Source: Salpingoeca rosetta (Eukaryota > Protista > Choanoflagellata). Taken from it: 64,000 nucleotides of DNA. The notes under the pieces were generated by a model that had not been told where the DNA came from, did not search any database, and was given only the letters and a program-made list of their open reading frames with translations. The DNA is taken from positions 633,312 through 697,311 of the forward strand of contig JAWQFM010000014.1 of the NCBI GenBank assembly GCA_033442325.1, in the 5' to 3' direction. Numbering within the stretch: the stretch's first letter is position 1; each line of letters starts with the position of its first letter. Below are positions 25,419 to 61,489 of this stretch, piece by piece. The translations under genes and the position numbers were made by a program.

Positions 25419-27686
25419 TCACGATGCTGCCATCGCCTGTTCGTATTTGTTGGCAGCAGCCGTGGCCTGTGTTTCCACAATCGTGGGCTGAAGCTGAAGC
25501 TTGGTGATCTGAGCATCAGGTGAGGCAAGGGGAGGCGGGGCAAAGGTGGTGGTGTTGAAGACCGCACATTGTGAGCAACGTGAAAGGAAGACAAAGCAGA
25601 ACCGAAGATGAAACTTAAGCAGGGCAGGCGGACACGTGGACACGCAACAGGAAGTCAGGAAGGTCAAGGAGGAAGCACCAAGCCACACCTGTCGTCTGCC
25701 TGTTTCTTCGTTAGCGCCCGGTCCAAAGTTTGGACAGTCAGCGAAGCTGCAGCATCAGAACACGACATAGTACAGCACGCGGTGAGAGATGAAGAGGCCA
25801 ACGTGGAAGAAAAAGCAACAGGAGAGATGTATCGCAGGACTTGGCGTTGTCAAAGGCAAGTCGATGGGTGACACAGCAACACGATTCACGACACAGAAGA
25901 GCGCAACATAACCTCATACAACACAGAACAGCACAACTGACTTGACTTTTGACTTGAGCTCTGCTGGAAAGAGATATTGGCGGAAGGGATACAGCTCCTT
26001 GTATGCGTCCTTGATTGCGCTCTCGCTCACCGCCGTCGCGCGGGAAACAGCTAGTAGAGCGATGTGTGTGTGTGTGTGTCGTGAGTGCACTGATGATGTA
26101 CAAAGAACACTGCTGCCTGAGAAAGCGGGCAAACAACCACACCTGTACCAGGGACACAGGTAAATAAACACAGACACAGACACACACACACACACACACA
26201 CACATACACAGACACACCACGTGCACATTGGCGTTGCCGTTACCTGGGAGCGGGGCCTCTGCGCTAAAGCCGAGGGCGTTGATGGCAAGGAGAAGAGCAG
26301 CGGCCGCTTTTGTTGTTGGCTGACGGCCCTCAAGCACACCTGATGGTGGTGGTGGTGGTGGTGGATTGTGGTGGTGGCCGTAGGTTGGAGTGAGTGTGAG
26401 TGAGTGGAAGGTTGGAAGGTGTGGACGAGGATGGGAGAGTGGGAATGTTGCGCCTGAGCACCAGGGGGGTGGGCCAGCATGTTCACTAGGACTACGCTGG
26501 TTGCTGACATATGGCAAAGCAAAGCGAGTTGTGCGTTGTGCGTGGTGCGTGTACGTACTGAGCTTCCCGCCAATCTCCAAGATGTATGTGGCGGCCTTGC
26601 GGACGACAAATTCGAGGCCCAAGCGCGAGATATAGCGTCCCTGGTAATGGCGATCATGGCGATGGTGGCGAGGATTGGAGGGGGGAAGAGATGAGGTGGA
26701 TTCATAACGCAATCATCGCACGAGAGATGATAGAGCGTGCACGCATGTGAGTGTTTGTGTGTGTGTAACGGTGAGAGCAGGACGACGACTCACAGTACAC
26801 CACAGACGGATGGACAGACAGACACACAGACAGACACACAGACAGACACAGACAGACAGACAGACACACAACGCACAAACGCACAAACAAACAAACGCAC
26901 AAACAAACAAACGCACAAACAAACAAACAAACAAACAAACAAACAAACAAACAAACAAACAAACAACGCACAAGGTTCTCTGCCGGGTTGCTTGACTTGA
27001 CGGCGGTCTTAATTGCGCTTCTAATCTTCCTGTACACGCGTCCAATCTCCTTTGGCGTCTTGTCGGCAGCGCGACAGATTTCTGCACCGCACGGGCAAGT
27101 GGGGAAGGGAGAGAAGAAGAACGGGAGGAGGAGGGGGAGAGGAGATTGAAAACGATCGACAAGGGGGGCGGGAGCGGAGGTGGTTTGTGAGGCAGGAAGA
27201 CACGACAACAGTGCATTGCACGAAAGTGCACGACAAGGAGCATATGCCTACGTGTGTGCGTGTGTGTGCGTGTACGCTTGGAGCGTTGCAACGCACCTTT
27301 GTATGGGCGGGAGACGCCGAGGTTGCGGCAGGCAATGTAGACGGAGGCGGCGGCGCACGAATCGTGGCTGCGCGTCTTGACAGCGCCCGTCTCCTCCACC
27401 TCCTTGAAGATGGCCTTGGCTGTCGTCTATGGTTGTGGAGGATCACGGGTGAGATGAGACGGAACGTGGCAGTCGCCGCTATCAGGCTGCCATGCACACG
27501 CAGACACGGGCAGGTAGAAAGGCAGGCGGGAAGACAGGCAGGCGGGAAGGCAGGCAGGCGGAAAGGTGGACGCGCAAATAAACAGACAGCCTGACAGATA
27601 CAGATACACGCAGATACAGAAAGACGAAGACACACACACACACAGACAAACACAGACGAACACATACACAGACGAACAAAGACGAA

Positions 27687-27737
<51 letters not shown>

Positions 27738-29082
27738 GAACAAAAGTGCTCACCACGACTTGGTCTGTCAAGCTGAGCTTGGATGCGAGGTTGGCAATCT
27801 TTCCATAGACGCTCTTGAGCGTGCGCGTGGACCCGCTCGGCTGTTGAACATACAACAGCGACAACAGCCGTGACAACAGGGCGAACGTGACCAAGCAAAA
27901 CCAACGTGAGCTGCGGTGGAACAGCTCGAGACCATGCGTGGTGCTGTGTTGGGATGCAATGCACGCCAGTGTTCTCACTGAACAAAGCGCACGTCACAAT
28001 GGCGACTGCTTTGCAGAAAGCATTACCCCCATGCGGCTTTGCCATCGCATCCACGGCACGTCAGCTGCACAAGCGCACGTCAAGAAGAGAGAAAAAAAGT
28101 AGGTCAGAAGAGCATGCGTGAGTGAAGCGTGTGCATGGGAGTGCACGAGTGTGTGTGTGTGTGCATGTGAGGCGAAGGTTGTGCATGAGTGCGAGTGTGT
28201 TGCTGTGTTGTGATCAGAAGCCTGGGGCACGGGCTCAAGAAGTACACAACCAGCACATGCACGATTGACATAACCAGCACATGCACGATGGGCTGTGTCA
28301 TCCCCTCCCGCTTCCTCCCCCGTGTCACTCTTTTCTTTGTCACTCCGAATACCATTTGGGCAGTTTGGAATGGCGGAGATGGTGAGGCCCTGATCGCCTT
28401 CCAGCAGGACATCTTCTTCCAAACCGACACGGCTGCGGTCTTTGTTGTCTTTCTTCTTGTCGCTGTTTCCAAATGAACGCCACTCTGAACCCACATCAAC
28501 CACCCTGCAGTTTCACACAGCATTGTTGCACACAGCAATCAGGGCGAGCGAGTGTCTCTGCATGCATGTGCACGCGGTTGGCACGACGCACCAACCACGC
28601 TCCCAGTTCTATGTTTGGCACTTGTTCTCTTTCCCCGACTTCCACCTTGAACAGCCACGACAACCCACAACGGCGGACGGATGATCTCACCGCACCAGCT
28701 CAAGGCGGCAAAGTCATGCACAAAAGCACACACAACACACAACACACAACACACACACACAACACAATACAACACAACACGCACAGCCACACACACACAC
28801 ACATATACGTTCACACATTCACACATACGTGCACAGTCACGCATTCACATTCACACACACACAGTCACACACGCACATTACGTTCACACATTCACACACA
28901 CACACTCACGATCATACATACCTGTCTCCAACGACGAGTCCGCATTCACTGCAGACCATGTCGCCTGCTCTGTAGTCCTCCACAACGGGAGCGTGCTTGT
29001 GGACAGGGCATGTCACACGCTCCACCCTTGACCGCGGGCGGCGCGGCGGCTGCTGTTTCTGTTGCGGTTGTCGTGTCGCCAT
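25419..29082 (-). CDS. GTF2B: General transcription factor TFIIB
   Basis: Zn ribbon CPVH...[21 protein letters not shown]-reader [10 protein letters not shown]...DRSRVG, and cyclin repeats AASVYIACR...KEIC...KEIGR and [15 protein letters not shown]...[14 protein letters not shown]. The last two exons (to 25419) are inferred from splice phase. Confidence 0.9.
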
Positions 29083-29612
29083 ATTCGTTCGTTTGTTTGT
29101 TTGGTGTCGGATGCGCTTGTGGATAATTGACATACATCTTCATATAATTTTCGGTACTCGCGGATCCCGCTGACAAGCAAGCAACAAGCAAGAAGCAAGC
29201 ATTGGTCGTTGTCGCGACACAGCGCTAACCACTCACGCCTTCCCCACGTGGTTGCTTGCTTGCGCACGCTCATGCTAAATTGAGCGGGTGATGGAGGAGA
29301 AGCAGGGGCACTCACATGTGCATGCGTTCGGTGCACATGAGGAACGGGGCAATGCAGGAGACAGAAGCTGCTGGTTGTTTGATCAACGGTGGTGGCGAGA
29401 TTGATGTGACGGATGTTGTGATGTGACGGCTTTCTCACAGCCGGTGGTGCATGTGTGTGCGTGTGTGAGTGATGTGACCTTCCATTTTCATCCAGCAAGT
29501 ACACAGCAGCAGCAGCAGCAGCGGCAAGTTGTGAGACAGAAGTATAAGCGGTATTTCACAACCACAGCACAGCCAAGGATACAAAGCACAAACGCGCAGA
29601 GGAAACGCGAGG
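29083..29612. promoter_or_regulatory. Putative bidirectional promoter between TFIIB and the membrane protein gene
   Basis: Divergent ATGs 530 bp apart, with CAAGCAAG-type repeats at 29174-29200 and 29252-29263. Confidence 0.45.
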
Positions 29613-30067
29613 ATGGCGCGCGAAGAGCACAACCATGCCGGTGCATCTGAGGACATTGAAGAGCAGCCGGAGCTGCGCCGCCGTGTGAGCGGCAGCTTGC
29701 TCATCTGCCTCATCGCCTCGGTCATCGAGTTTGCCACAGCCGCAGACTTGTACGTTCCTTGCGTGCGTGTGTTTGCGAGTGTGTTGTGTGTGTGTGTGCG
29801 TGTGTGTGTGTGCGTGTGTTGTGTGTCGGGGCTTGTTCGCGTCTGTTGTGTGTGCTCTGTGCCCATGCCACTCACAGAGACGCTTTTATTCTTCTCTTGC
29901 GCTGCAGTTGCGACACGTCAGATTCGTGTGATGATCCATACGTCGCATGGGCTATTGCTGTCGGTGTCATATCGGCCTTCTTCTGCTTTGTTCGCCTCGC
30001 CTTTATCTTCCAGCACTTTCATCTCCGCGACACGGTGCGCTGTGTGTGTGTGTGTGTATGTGTGTGT

Positions 30068-30104
<37 letters not shown>

Positions 30105-30556
30105 TGTATGAACGTTTGAAGCCATCCTCTTCCTGCTTGGAGTTACATTACACTAGCTTTGCAATGGGTGTCGTGTTTTTCGATTGTGGCGTTTGCGCAT
30201 GCTTTGCAGTTGGCCCCAGCTTCCCCTATGCAGACTCACACCACCCCTTTCCTTTACACGCGCATGTGTGTGTGCGTGTGTATTATCCTTTCCATAGTTT
30301 GACGTGGTGTTGTCACTGGTGTTGGTTGTGCTGTGGGCGTTTGGCGCCGCGTTCAACACGAGCACGGAGGGGCCCTTCCCCTTTACCGGCAACGGCTACA
30401 TCTTCACGTGGATTGCCTTTCTTGCGGCCATGGTGTATGCGGCAACAGCGCTGCCGCACGCCGTGGCCAAGGTCCGCGCCACCGTCGTCGCCATCAACAC
30501 CTCCCTCCTCATCCTCCTCTTCACCTCCCTCGTCGAGATGGTGTGGTGGCCAGTGA

Positions 30557-30644
<88 letters not shown>

Positions 30645-30979
30645 ATGCGTGTGTGTATGTGTGTGTGTGTGCATGAATGCGTGTATGTGTCATGCGTGAG
30701 CCTTGTGTTGTCAACAAGTGTATGAAAACGCTGCTGCAACTGTTTGGTGTTGTGAACAGCCAAGTACCCTCATCCCTTCCTCTCACACCCTCATTGTCCC
30801 TCTTCCCCCCTCCTCCTTCCTTGTACAGTCTGTGTCTGCGGATGTGTGTAGTGCTGTTGACGACTGTTCGGACCGCAACGGTTTCGCCGTCGCTGTCGGC
30901 GCTGCATCAGCCGCCATCTGCTTCATCCTCATCCTCATCGCCCGCTTTAGCCCAGACCTCGCACAGGTACACTCGCTAC

Positions 30980-31058
<79 letters not shown>

Positions 31059-31261
31059 TGCTGAACGTGTTTATGCACTGCACGCCCTTTTCTCACACGT
31101 GCACGTGATCGTGCGATGGGTCGCTGTGACACGACAACAGCCGTCAATGAAGATCATGTCGGTGTTCCTGCTCGTGTGGTGGGCGGCCGGTGCAGGCGTC
31201 AACACCAGCGCAGAGGGGCCGTTCAACTCCAGCTGCGGCGCAGCCCGCGGCACGGCAAACG
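29613..31261 (+). CDS. Multi-pass membrane protein with two tandem MARVEL-like repeats; 3' end missing (gap 31374-31473)
   Basis: Repeat 1: LLICLIASVIEFATAAD|CDTSDSCDDPYVAWAIAVGVISAFFC...LWAFGAAFNTSTEGPFPFTGNGYIFTW. Repeat 2: LLILLFTSLVEM|SVSADVCSAVDDCSDRNGFAVAVGAASAAIC...WWAAGAGVNTSAEGPFNSSCGAARGTANG. Confidence 0.75.
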
Positions 31262-31271
31262 GTACGTGCAT

Positions 31272-31373
<102 letters not shown>

Positions 31374-31473
31374 NNNNNNNNNNNNNNNNNNNNNNNNNNN
31401 NNNNNNNNNNNNNNNNNNNNNNNNNNNNNNNNNNNNNNNNNNNNNNNNNNNNNNNNNNNNNNNNNNNNNNNNN

Positions 31474-31567
<94 letters not shown>

Positions 31568-31737
31568 TCTGCACCAAAAAAGCGTGTGCGTTTGAAAGCT
31601 GCGGCTGTGAACTGTCGACGACATCATAAAATGTGCAATACTCTCGCGGCGCCAAAAAGTTGAAACAAGCGACACACAGCAAAGCACAAGACAAGACACA
31701 CACCATCGACCCACGCCTGCTGAGCGACTGAGAGAGG

Positions 31738-40910
<9,173 letters not shown>

Positions 40911-41041
40911 ACCCTTATCTGACCATCGAATCGAATACATTCATTAAACTGCCAAATAACCGCTGCTTTTGCTTGTTTGGTTTGGAGGAAGAGTGAGTGT
41001 GCGCGACACAACAGTCCTTCCTTCCCTTGCTTCCACCGACG

Positions 41042-46811
<5,770 letters not shown>

Positions 46812-46820
46812 GCACACATG

Positions 46821-46869
<49 letters not shown>

Positions 46870-47331
46870 CACACACACGCACACATTACACAAGCACACA
46901 AACACACAAGCACACAAGCACACATGAACACACATGTGCCCCCCCCCCCCCACCCACACACACAACATGTCTGGTCCGTGTTTTCGTTCTGCGCACGCAC
47001 TTGTTAGCTTCACTCCCGTGTACTTCAATCCAGAAATGAAATTGCGCACGCAGGAAGAAACAACAACGACTGGACTCGTGTCACAACGTTCTTCAACATT
47101 GATGCGCTGCCCAGCAAAGGGGGAAAAAGAAAGTGTAGGCAAACACCCGACCAGCCAAACAAAACAAAACAAAATGTGTCACACGCCTCTGCACCATTGC
47201 ACAAGGAACGTGAGGAAAAAGAAGTGCACTACGAGCACCAAAAACAAAGCAATCACAACACCAACGATGATAACGGCCACGCATACACCCCAGCAGGCAA
47301 ACGGGCATCATCACACACACACACATACACA

Positions 47332-47372
<41 letters not shown>

Positions 47373-47384
47373 AAACACATGCCA

Positions 47385-48512
47385 TTACACAAGAGCCACA
47401 GCGAGGACTGCAAGAACAACAGCGAGTGCGCTGGCGAGGGCGGTGGTGGCGGAAGAAGAGGATCGACCACCAGCGAAGCACATCTCCGCACCAAGAGGAA
47501 CACACTCGTCGGGGTGGGCGTTGTAGTACGCGGCGTCGTCGCAGTCAGCAGGGTTGGCCGGCACTGGCGAATTCGTGGCAGAAGCCAGATGGGAGGGCGG
47601 TGGAGGTGTGGTGGTTTGAGTGAGCCCGTGTGCGAGTATGAATCACTCGAATATATTACAGATACACGAGGAACAGCCGACAGCATCGTCGTCACAATAG
47701 CAAAGCAGGGGGGGGGGGCGTTTGTTGATGCTTCTGAAACGACGACGACACCTTGCATCACCACGTGACCAGCAGCACCACGACTCAGCATCATCACGCA
47801 TTGCCAACACCAGCGCCAGGTCACCGCTTGTTACCTGAAGCGAAGCGAGCGCGGAACATCTCGCGCTGTGCGGCGGTCATGAGGCAGTTGGGCGACGTCT
47901 CTGCCGCCTCTGCGTCCGTGCACTCCTTGTTGCGCACAAGCTTGAAGCCGTAGTCGCCGTCCATCTCAGGCGTCTGGCGATTTGCCGTGATGGTGATGAT
48001 AATGATGATGATTGATGGTGATGGTGATGGTGGTGGTGGTGGTGATCGACGTGAGTACGCTCAATCATAACGAGATGGTGAGAGGTTCGTGCCTGGCCAT
48101 GAAGACATCGACCAAAGGCGCGCATGTGCGAGCAATCATGCATACATGGCACCACCTCCATCATCACCATAACAGCCACCACTGGCACGACGCAGGAACA
48201 AAGAGCAACACGTACGCCGAGGGAATTGAAGTTGAGGAAGACCTCGACGTCCTGCGAGTCTGTGAGGGAGTCGTTCTTCAGGAGCGACGGGATCACAATA
48301 TCATCACCGCACACGTACCGATCTGCAGCAAGCAGCAGCATGGTGGGGGAGGGGGGTGCGTGAAAATAGGCCAAGCAAAGAAAGAACAAAGCGTGCACAA
48401 CACACACACACACACGCGCGCGCACACACACACACGCACACACACACACACACACAGACACACACACACCATCCCCCCACACACAGACACACACAGACAC
48501 ACACACACACAC

Positions 48513-48611
<99 letters not shown>

Positions 48612-48963
48612 CCGTAGTTGTCAATCTCCAAGCCCATCTCGCCGAGGCATGGCGAGGAGACGAGGAGGCCGCACCCGTCAAAGCGACCCAGATCGCCTGC
48701 AGAGGACAAGGAAGATTGAAGGAGGAGAGGGAGAGAGGCAAACGTCACGCCATTGCCGTGGGAACATGGGCTAAGCCACTCCAAGCAGTGCCGCACAATT
48801 GCTATGGACAGCGGTGGGATCACAACACCGTGGGTGGTTGTGTGTACGCACCAAACTGCTCGTCGGCCCAGTCCTTGCAGATGAGGAGGGTGGAGTCACG
48901 CTCCGTGTTGCCATCTGGCGAGGTGTAGGCGACGGGGCGCACATACTGTGTGCGGACGGTTGG

Positions 48964-49050
<87 letters not shown>

Positions 49051-49335
49051 TACGCGTAAGTACTAGTGTTCCAGAAATGTGTGCACACAACACAGGGCAC
49101 ATGAAGATCACTTGAGACGCAAAGTGTATACACACACACACACGCACGCAAAGACGCATGTACTGACGTTGGGCTGGTGGGGATCGCAGTTGAGGCAGTA
49201 GAGGCGGGCAATGGGGTGGTCGCGGATATCACCACGCAGGCGGCAAGACAGACCGACATCTGCGATGCATGCATTGATGTGATGGTGTCGACCAATGAGG
49301 ATCGTGTGTGTGTGCGTGCGTGTGTGTGTGTGTGC

Positions 49336-49404
<69 letters not shown>

Positions 49405-49454
49405 TGTGTGTGCGTGTGTGTGTGTGTGTGTGTATGTGTGTGTGTATGTGTGTG

Positions 49455-49518
<64 letters not shown>

Positions 49519-50023
49519 GCAACAAGACTCATTCGCGGCACTGCAAGTGACAATTGGCGCTGCTCTGGGCATGCGCACCTGTGAGTGTTGTGAAGAGCTC
49601 GTGGTTGTCGTTGTCGAGGCCAGGAACACAGCAGGCGTTGCCGTTAAACCTGTTGCAGAAACTGAGTGCGTTTGGCTGAACCACGCGCAAACACAATGCA
49701 GGTATGTACCAGCAAATACATTCGTATGCATGTGTTGTGTGTTGTGTGTGTTGTGTGTGTGTGTGTATGTGTTGTGAGTGAGTGAATTTCAAGTACGAAA
49801 ACGCTCATTTGACGGCGAACAGTGTGTCCTGTTGCATGGTTTGGACAGGCTCTGTGTGATGTTGTCCGCCAGGCGGCACAAAACGTACCCTCTCCGGAAG
49901 GACTCCAGTGAAGAAGCAGGTCCTGTGGCCCTCGTACGCCTCCAGGCTGTCGTCCTTTGTGACCTGTGCTGAGGCAGCGATCGCTGTTGCTGCAAGAAGC
50001 AGTACTGTTGTTGCCACCTTCAT
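47385..50023 (-). CDS. Secreted, probably GPI-anchored Cys-rich protein with a folate-receptor/HHIP-N-like domain, 8 exons
   Basis: Signal peptide [20 protein letters not shown]. Cys pattern [13 protein letters not shown]...LSC...LYCLNCDP...LICKDWA...FDGCG. The C-terminus [28 protein letters not shown] has a small-residue omega region plus a terminal hydrophobic tail. All exons join in phase. Confidence 0.75.
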
Positions 50024-50717
50024 TGTGTCTGTCTGTGTGTCTGTGGTTCAACAAGCGCAGAAGATGATGATAGTCGATGGTGTCCTGCTCAACCAAAAAG
50101 GCGTGCTGTTGTGCTGCTGCCACTCCCACCTTTTCTCGCCTGCTGAGTGCTGCTGAGTGAGGGTCTTTTTTTCATGCGTGTGTTTGCTCGCTGCGCTTGG
50201 CTGGATTCGGTTGCAGACGATTTTCCGGCACACCCACGAATTACCCCTTTCAACTGAAATCAGTATCGCCAGGGCAAGGTGGTTCACAACAGCACAAATT
50301 GGCGTTTTGAGGCTTGCGCGCCATCGTTGTGTTCTCCCGCGACACGTCCAAACACGCCCGCCCGTTACATGACATTCAACACCGCACGACAAGCAAACCA
50401 CAAGCAAGCGCAGCCAGCAGGAGTTGTGGGGAACAAGTTCGCGCGAACGACAAGAAAAGAGAGACAGGTTTGTGCAGCTTGCTTGTGAGGGGTGTCAGCG
50501 ACACGTTTTGATGTGTTTGTGGCTGTCTGCGGCGTGCGTGATGGCGCGGCGACACTGCACGCTTTTGTGCGTGCATTTCTTCTTGTTTGCACCCACGCAT
50601 ACAACCACACACACACACACACACACGTACAGCAAGCAAGCAAGCAAATAGCCACCGTCCCCTTGTGACCACCTGACTCGCAGCAGAGACCCCCCCCCCC
50701 CCAAAGACCTCAACAAG
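50024..50717. promoter_or_regulatory. Putative bidirectional promoter between the folate-receptor-like gene and RAD51
   Basis: Divergent ATGs 694 bp apart, with (GCAA)n at about 50632-50647. Confidence 0.45.
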
Positions 50718-53130
<2,413 letters not shown>

Positions 53131-53588
53131 GGCGGCCTGCACCTGGGTTTGCGGCACACTTGATGTGATGCTGTCGAGAAGAAGAAGAAAAAAAATGAGA
53201 CTTGCTTCCTTGCTTGCTTCCTTGCTTGCTTCCTTGCTTGACACGACATATGAATGAGAGTGGGGCGTGGTCTGTGCTGATTCGATTGATATGGAGGTGG
53301 TTCCGTCCCATCATGGCTTCGTGGCTTCTTTTGGTTTTTGTGGCTCGTTGTTTGTACACATGGCACGCGTGTGTATGCGTTGCAAAGGGACGGCGAGTGA
53401 GTGTGTGGGTGTGGGTGTGGGTGTGAGACATGAATTAAAAGAACAAACCACTGATGTGACGGATGAACAAAAGGCATGCAGCGACCCCACTCGAGACCCC
53501 CCCCCCCCCACTCGACAGCACAAAATTCAAAGCACGCATATCGCACACAATCGCACACTCGCACACCAGCCACAACAGACGAGGAACA

Positions 53589-58070
<4,482 letters not shown>

Positions 58071-58321
58071 GATGTGTGTGTGTGTGTCTGTGTCTGTGTC
58101 TGTGTCTGTGTGTGTCTGTGTCTGCGTGTGTGTGTGACTGTCTGTCTTGTCTGTCTGTGTGTCTGTGCATCCACTCGACCTCGACCGCGCTGTGTGGTAC
58201 GGGCCCAAGCAACTTCTGCCTAAAAAATAAAGAAAAATTCTGTATTCATCCACAGTGCAAGCAGCAGATACACACACGACACGAGACACACGAACAAGAC
58301 AAGCAACCCACAAGAAGCAAG

Positions 58322-59275
58322 ATGGCAGCGAGGGCAGCAGGACTTGTGAACAAGCTTAAGCTGGCGGCCACAGGTGTGTCTGCGTGTCTGTCTGTCTGTG
58401 AGTTTGCGTGTGCTCATCTCATCTCGTCTCATCTCATCTCATCTCATCTCATCTCATCTCATCTCATCTCATCTCGTCTCATCTCATCTCATCTCATCTG
58501 GCATTCACACTCACCCCATCGCAACACTCATCCGACTCCGCGTGCAGACATGGCTCTGATGGCCAAGCCCGCGATGCAGACGTACGGCAGCCTCGCCATG
58601 CGCGAGCTCGGACCACCCAGCCCTGCCCAGTGGCCCACAATTCAGAAGGGTGTGTGTCTGGGTGTGTGCGTGTGTGTGTGTGTCTGTGTCTGTGTGTTTG
58701 TGTGTGTGTGTGTGTGTGCGTATGTGTGTGTGGGTGTGTCTGTGTGTGTGTCTGTGTGTGTCTGTGTGTGTCTGTGTGCACTGAACCAGTACGCACTCAA
58801 CCACAATCGTTCTGACCCTCTTGCATGTTGCACTCTGGTATGCTGGTGTTTGCAGATCTTCAGGGTCTCGTGAAGAGCGCAAAAAGCCTCAAGTTCATCA
58901 ACGTCAGTGTGAAGGAGGCCGTCACCGGTGCCCTCCTTGGCGCTGAGGTCCTCTGCTGGTTCTACGTTGGTCAGTTTACTGGTGCATGTGTGTATGTGTG
59001 CGCGCGCAGATGTTGGTGCGTGTGTGAGAGGAGAAATGCGTGTCCTTTAGATGTATCATGTTCACATGGTGCGTTTGATTGTGTCCAGCCAATGTTGAGT
59101 TCCCACACTCACGTCATACTTCTGTTTCAACCTGCACTTCTGATGTTCACCGCATGTGCTGCCCATTGCTTCGCTCCTTCCCCCTCACTCCCTCCCCGAC
59201 TCACACCGCGTCACCTCATTGTCCACACCAGGCGAGATCATCGGCCGGGGCAGCATCATCGGCTACAACGTTTGA
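58322..59275 (+). CDS. ATP5MG: Mitochondrial ATP synthase subunit g, 4 exons
   Basis: ELGPPSPAQWP, VSVKEAVTGALLGAEVLCWFYV|GEIIGRGSIIGYNV*. Confidence 0.95.
58414..58499. repeat. (ATCTC)n pentanucleotide repeat in the ATP synthase g intron 1
   Basis: About 17 near-perfect copies. Confidence 0.9.
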
Positions 59276-59930
59276 GCGCTCGTTGCAACCGTCCTTATCC
59301 CCCTCACCCTTCTTTGACCTTGGCTCTTTCTGTCACTGTGTGTGTGTCTGTCTGTCGGTCTGTCTGCCTGCCTGTATGTGTGTGTGTGTGTGTGTCTGTC
59401 TGTCTGTGGCGTTGATTCGAGCTGATTCCTTCTGGTTAGCAGCAGTCCCTCCCCTCTTTCCCTTCTCTTCTTTGTGCATCAGTGTCATGACAGTACTCGC
59501 GTGCCACTGAACGCACTAGTTCCACCACCCGTGTTCGTTTGTCTTGTCCTTGCAGCGTCATAGACAGCAGTGTGCCGCTGCCGTGTATTCTGTCATCACT
59601 GGGGCTTGTGTCGACCTTGACATGGGCAGCACGGCCTCAGTGGTTGCTTGTGTCAGCTGTCAGGTGGCGTTCGCTGTCGTTGATGGTTGGTGTATAAATG
59701 GTGGAACAATCGAGCCTCCTCGTGTACAGACAACAGCACCAGGGCCAAGACACAAGTGTTTGCAAGGGGAGGTTGAGAGAATTTGGGCGAGGGACAGACA
59801 ACGAGAGTCATAGAGAGAGAACGACAAGAAGAAGAAAAAGACACGAGGCAGATGCAAGAGAGAGAGAGAGAGAGGAGAAGACGCAAGGCAGATGCATACT
59901 CAATGCGCGAGATGTGATGTGACGTCCGTG

Positions 59931-61394
59931 CTAGCGTGGCATCGCCTGGGCCTGCTTCTTCATCGCGCGCGCCTTTCGGTTGTGGTTCGCGTACTTTGCC
60001 TTGTTGCTCTGTCATAACGTCATGATGGTGGCGGTGGTGTGAGTTTGAAGGGGAACGATAGCAGCGAGGCAGGCGCGCAGGAGCGCAAGCGCGCACAGAG
60101 TAAGGAGGGAGGCAGATAGACACATCGTTGAACCACAACAACAATTTCTCCATTGAGATGCAGTACTCTTCACGCTGTGTCACGGCCCTCCACAACATGC
60201 ATCGAACGACATGCTCACCTCCTTGCGTCGCCGTGCCTTGGCGGTCTTGCTTGCATCACCGCCTTCACCGACAAGGTCGCCACCGCTTCCACGGCCACCA
60301 CCACCTCCTCCTCTTCTTCCACCACCTCCTCCTCTTCCCCGCCCTCTACCGCCCCTGCCAGCACTTGGAGCGCCTCTCCCTGCAGTGCACACACACACAC
60401 ACACACACACGGTGAGACTAAGCAGCAGGAACAGCCACACAAGCACTGCACACACACACACGCACACACACGCACACACACGCGCACACACGCACACACA
60501 CGCACACACACGCACACACACACACACGCACGCACACACACGCACACACACGCACGCACACACAATGGCGCATTCCATACCTGGGAATGGGCGTCCCTGT
60601 GGCGGGTGACCGCGCTGGTATCCACCACCACGTGTACCGTCATCATCATCACCACCATCATTACCATCATCATCACCGTCTGCGGGTGGGGCAACCTGGG
60701 CCATGTGCACGGGCTGCCACTTGCGCCCGCGGTTTGGATTGAAGTTCATCTGTCGAGAGAAAGGGGTGGAGAATGGAGGGTGAGTGGATTGAGTGAACAA
60801 AACAGGGTTATTTGAAGGTGGATTCAAACAGCCACAGACAAACAACCACAAACAACCACAAACAACCACAAACAACCACAAACAACCACAAACAACAGCA
60901 CAACGAACTTATTGCGCCAACCAACCGCACCAAACCCCAACGCAAACGAACAAACAAACCAACGAATCATACAAGTACATGCACGTCATCGCTGGTGCGG
61001 CGACCTGCTGCTGTGCGGCTTCCTCCTCCGTCGAGGGCTCCATCGACCCAACGCCTTCCATGTCGTCATACGTGTCGTCATACTCATCCTCATACAGAAA
61101 CGAACTGAACACCTGCAGCGCATCATCATCGCCATCACCATCATCAGCGTAGGCCGTCATGGCACCATCACCACCGCCCTCGCGTGCAAGCTGCTGTGCT
61201 GCGGCCTCGTGTTCTGCCTGCAGTTTCCGGTCGTGTGCAAGGCTGCGCTTGATGTACGCCTTTGCCGCCTCACGCCCCTCGTCACCACCAAGCACCGACG
61301 CCGTTGTGCCCATGCGCCTGCAGGGAGGATGGAGTAGCATGCAAGGAAGGAAAGGGAGGTGAGGTGTGTGTCTGTGTGTGTCTGTGTGTGTGTC

Positions 61395-61489
<95 letters not shown>

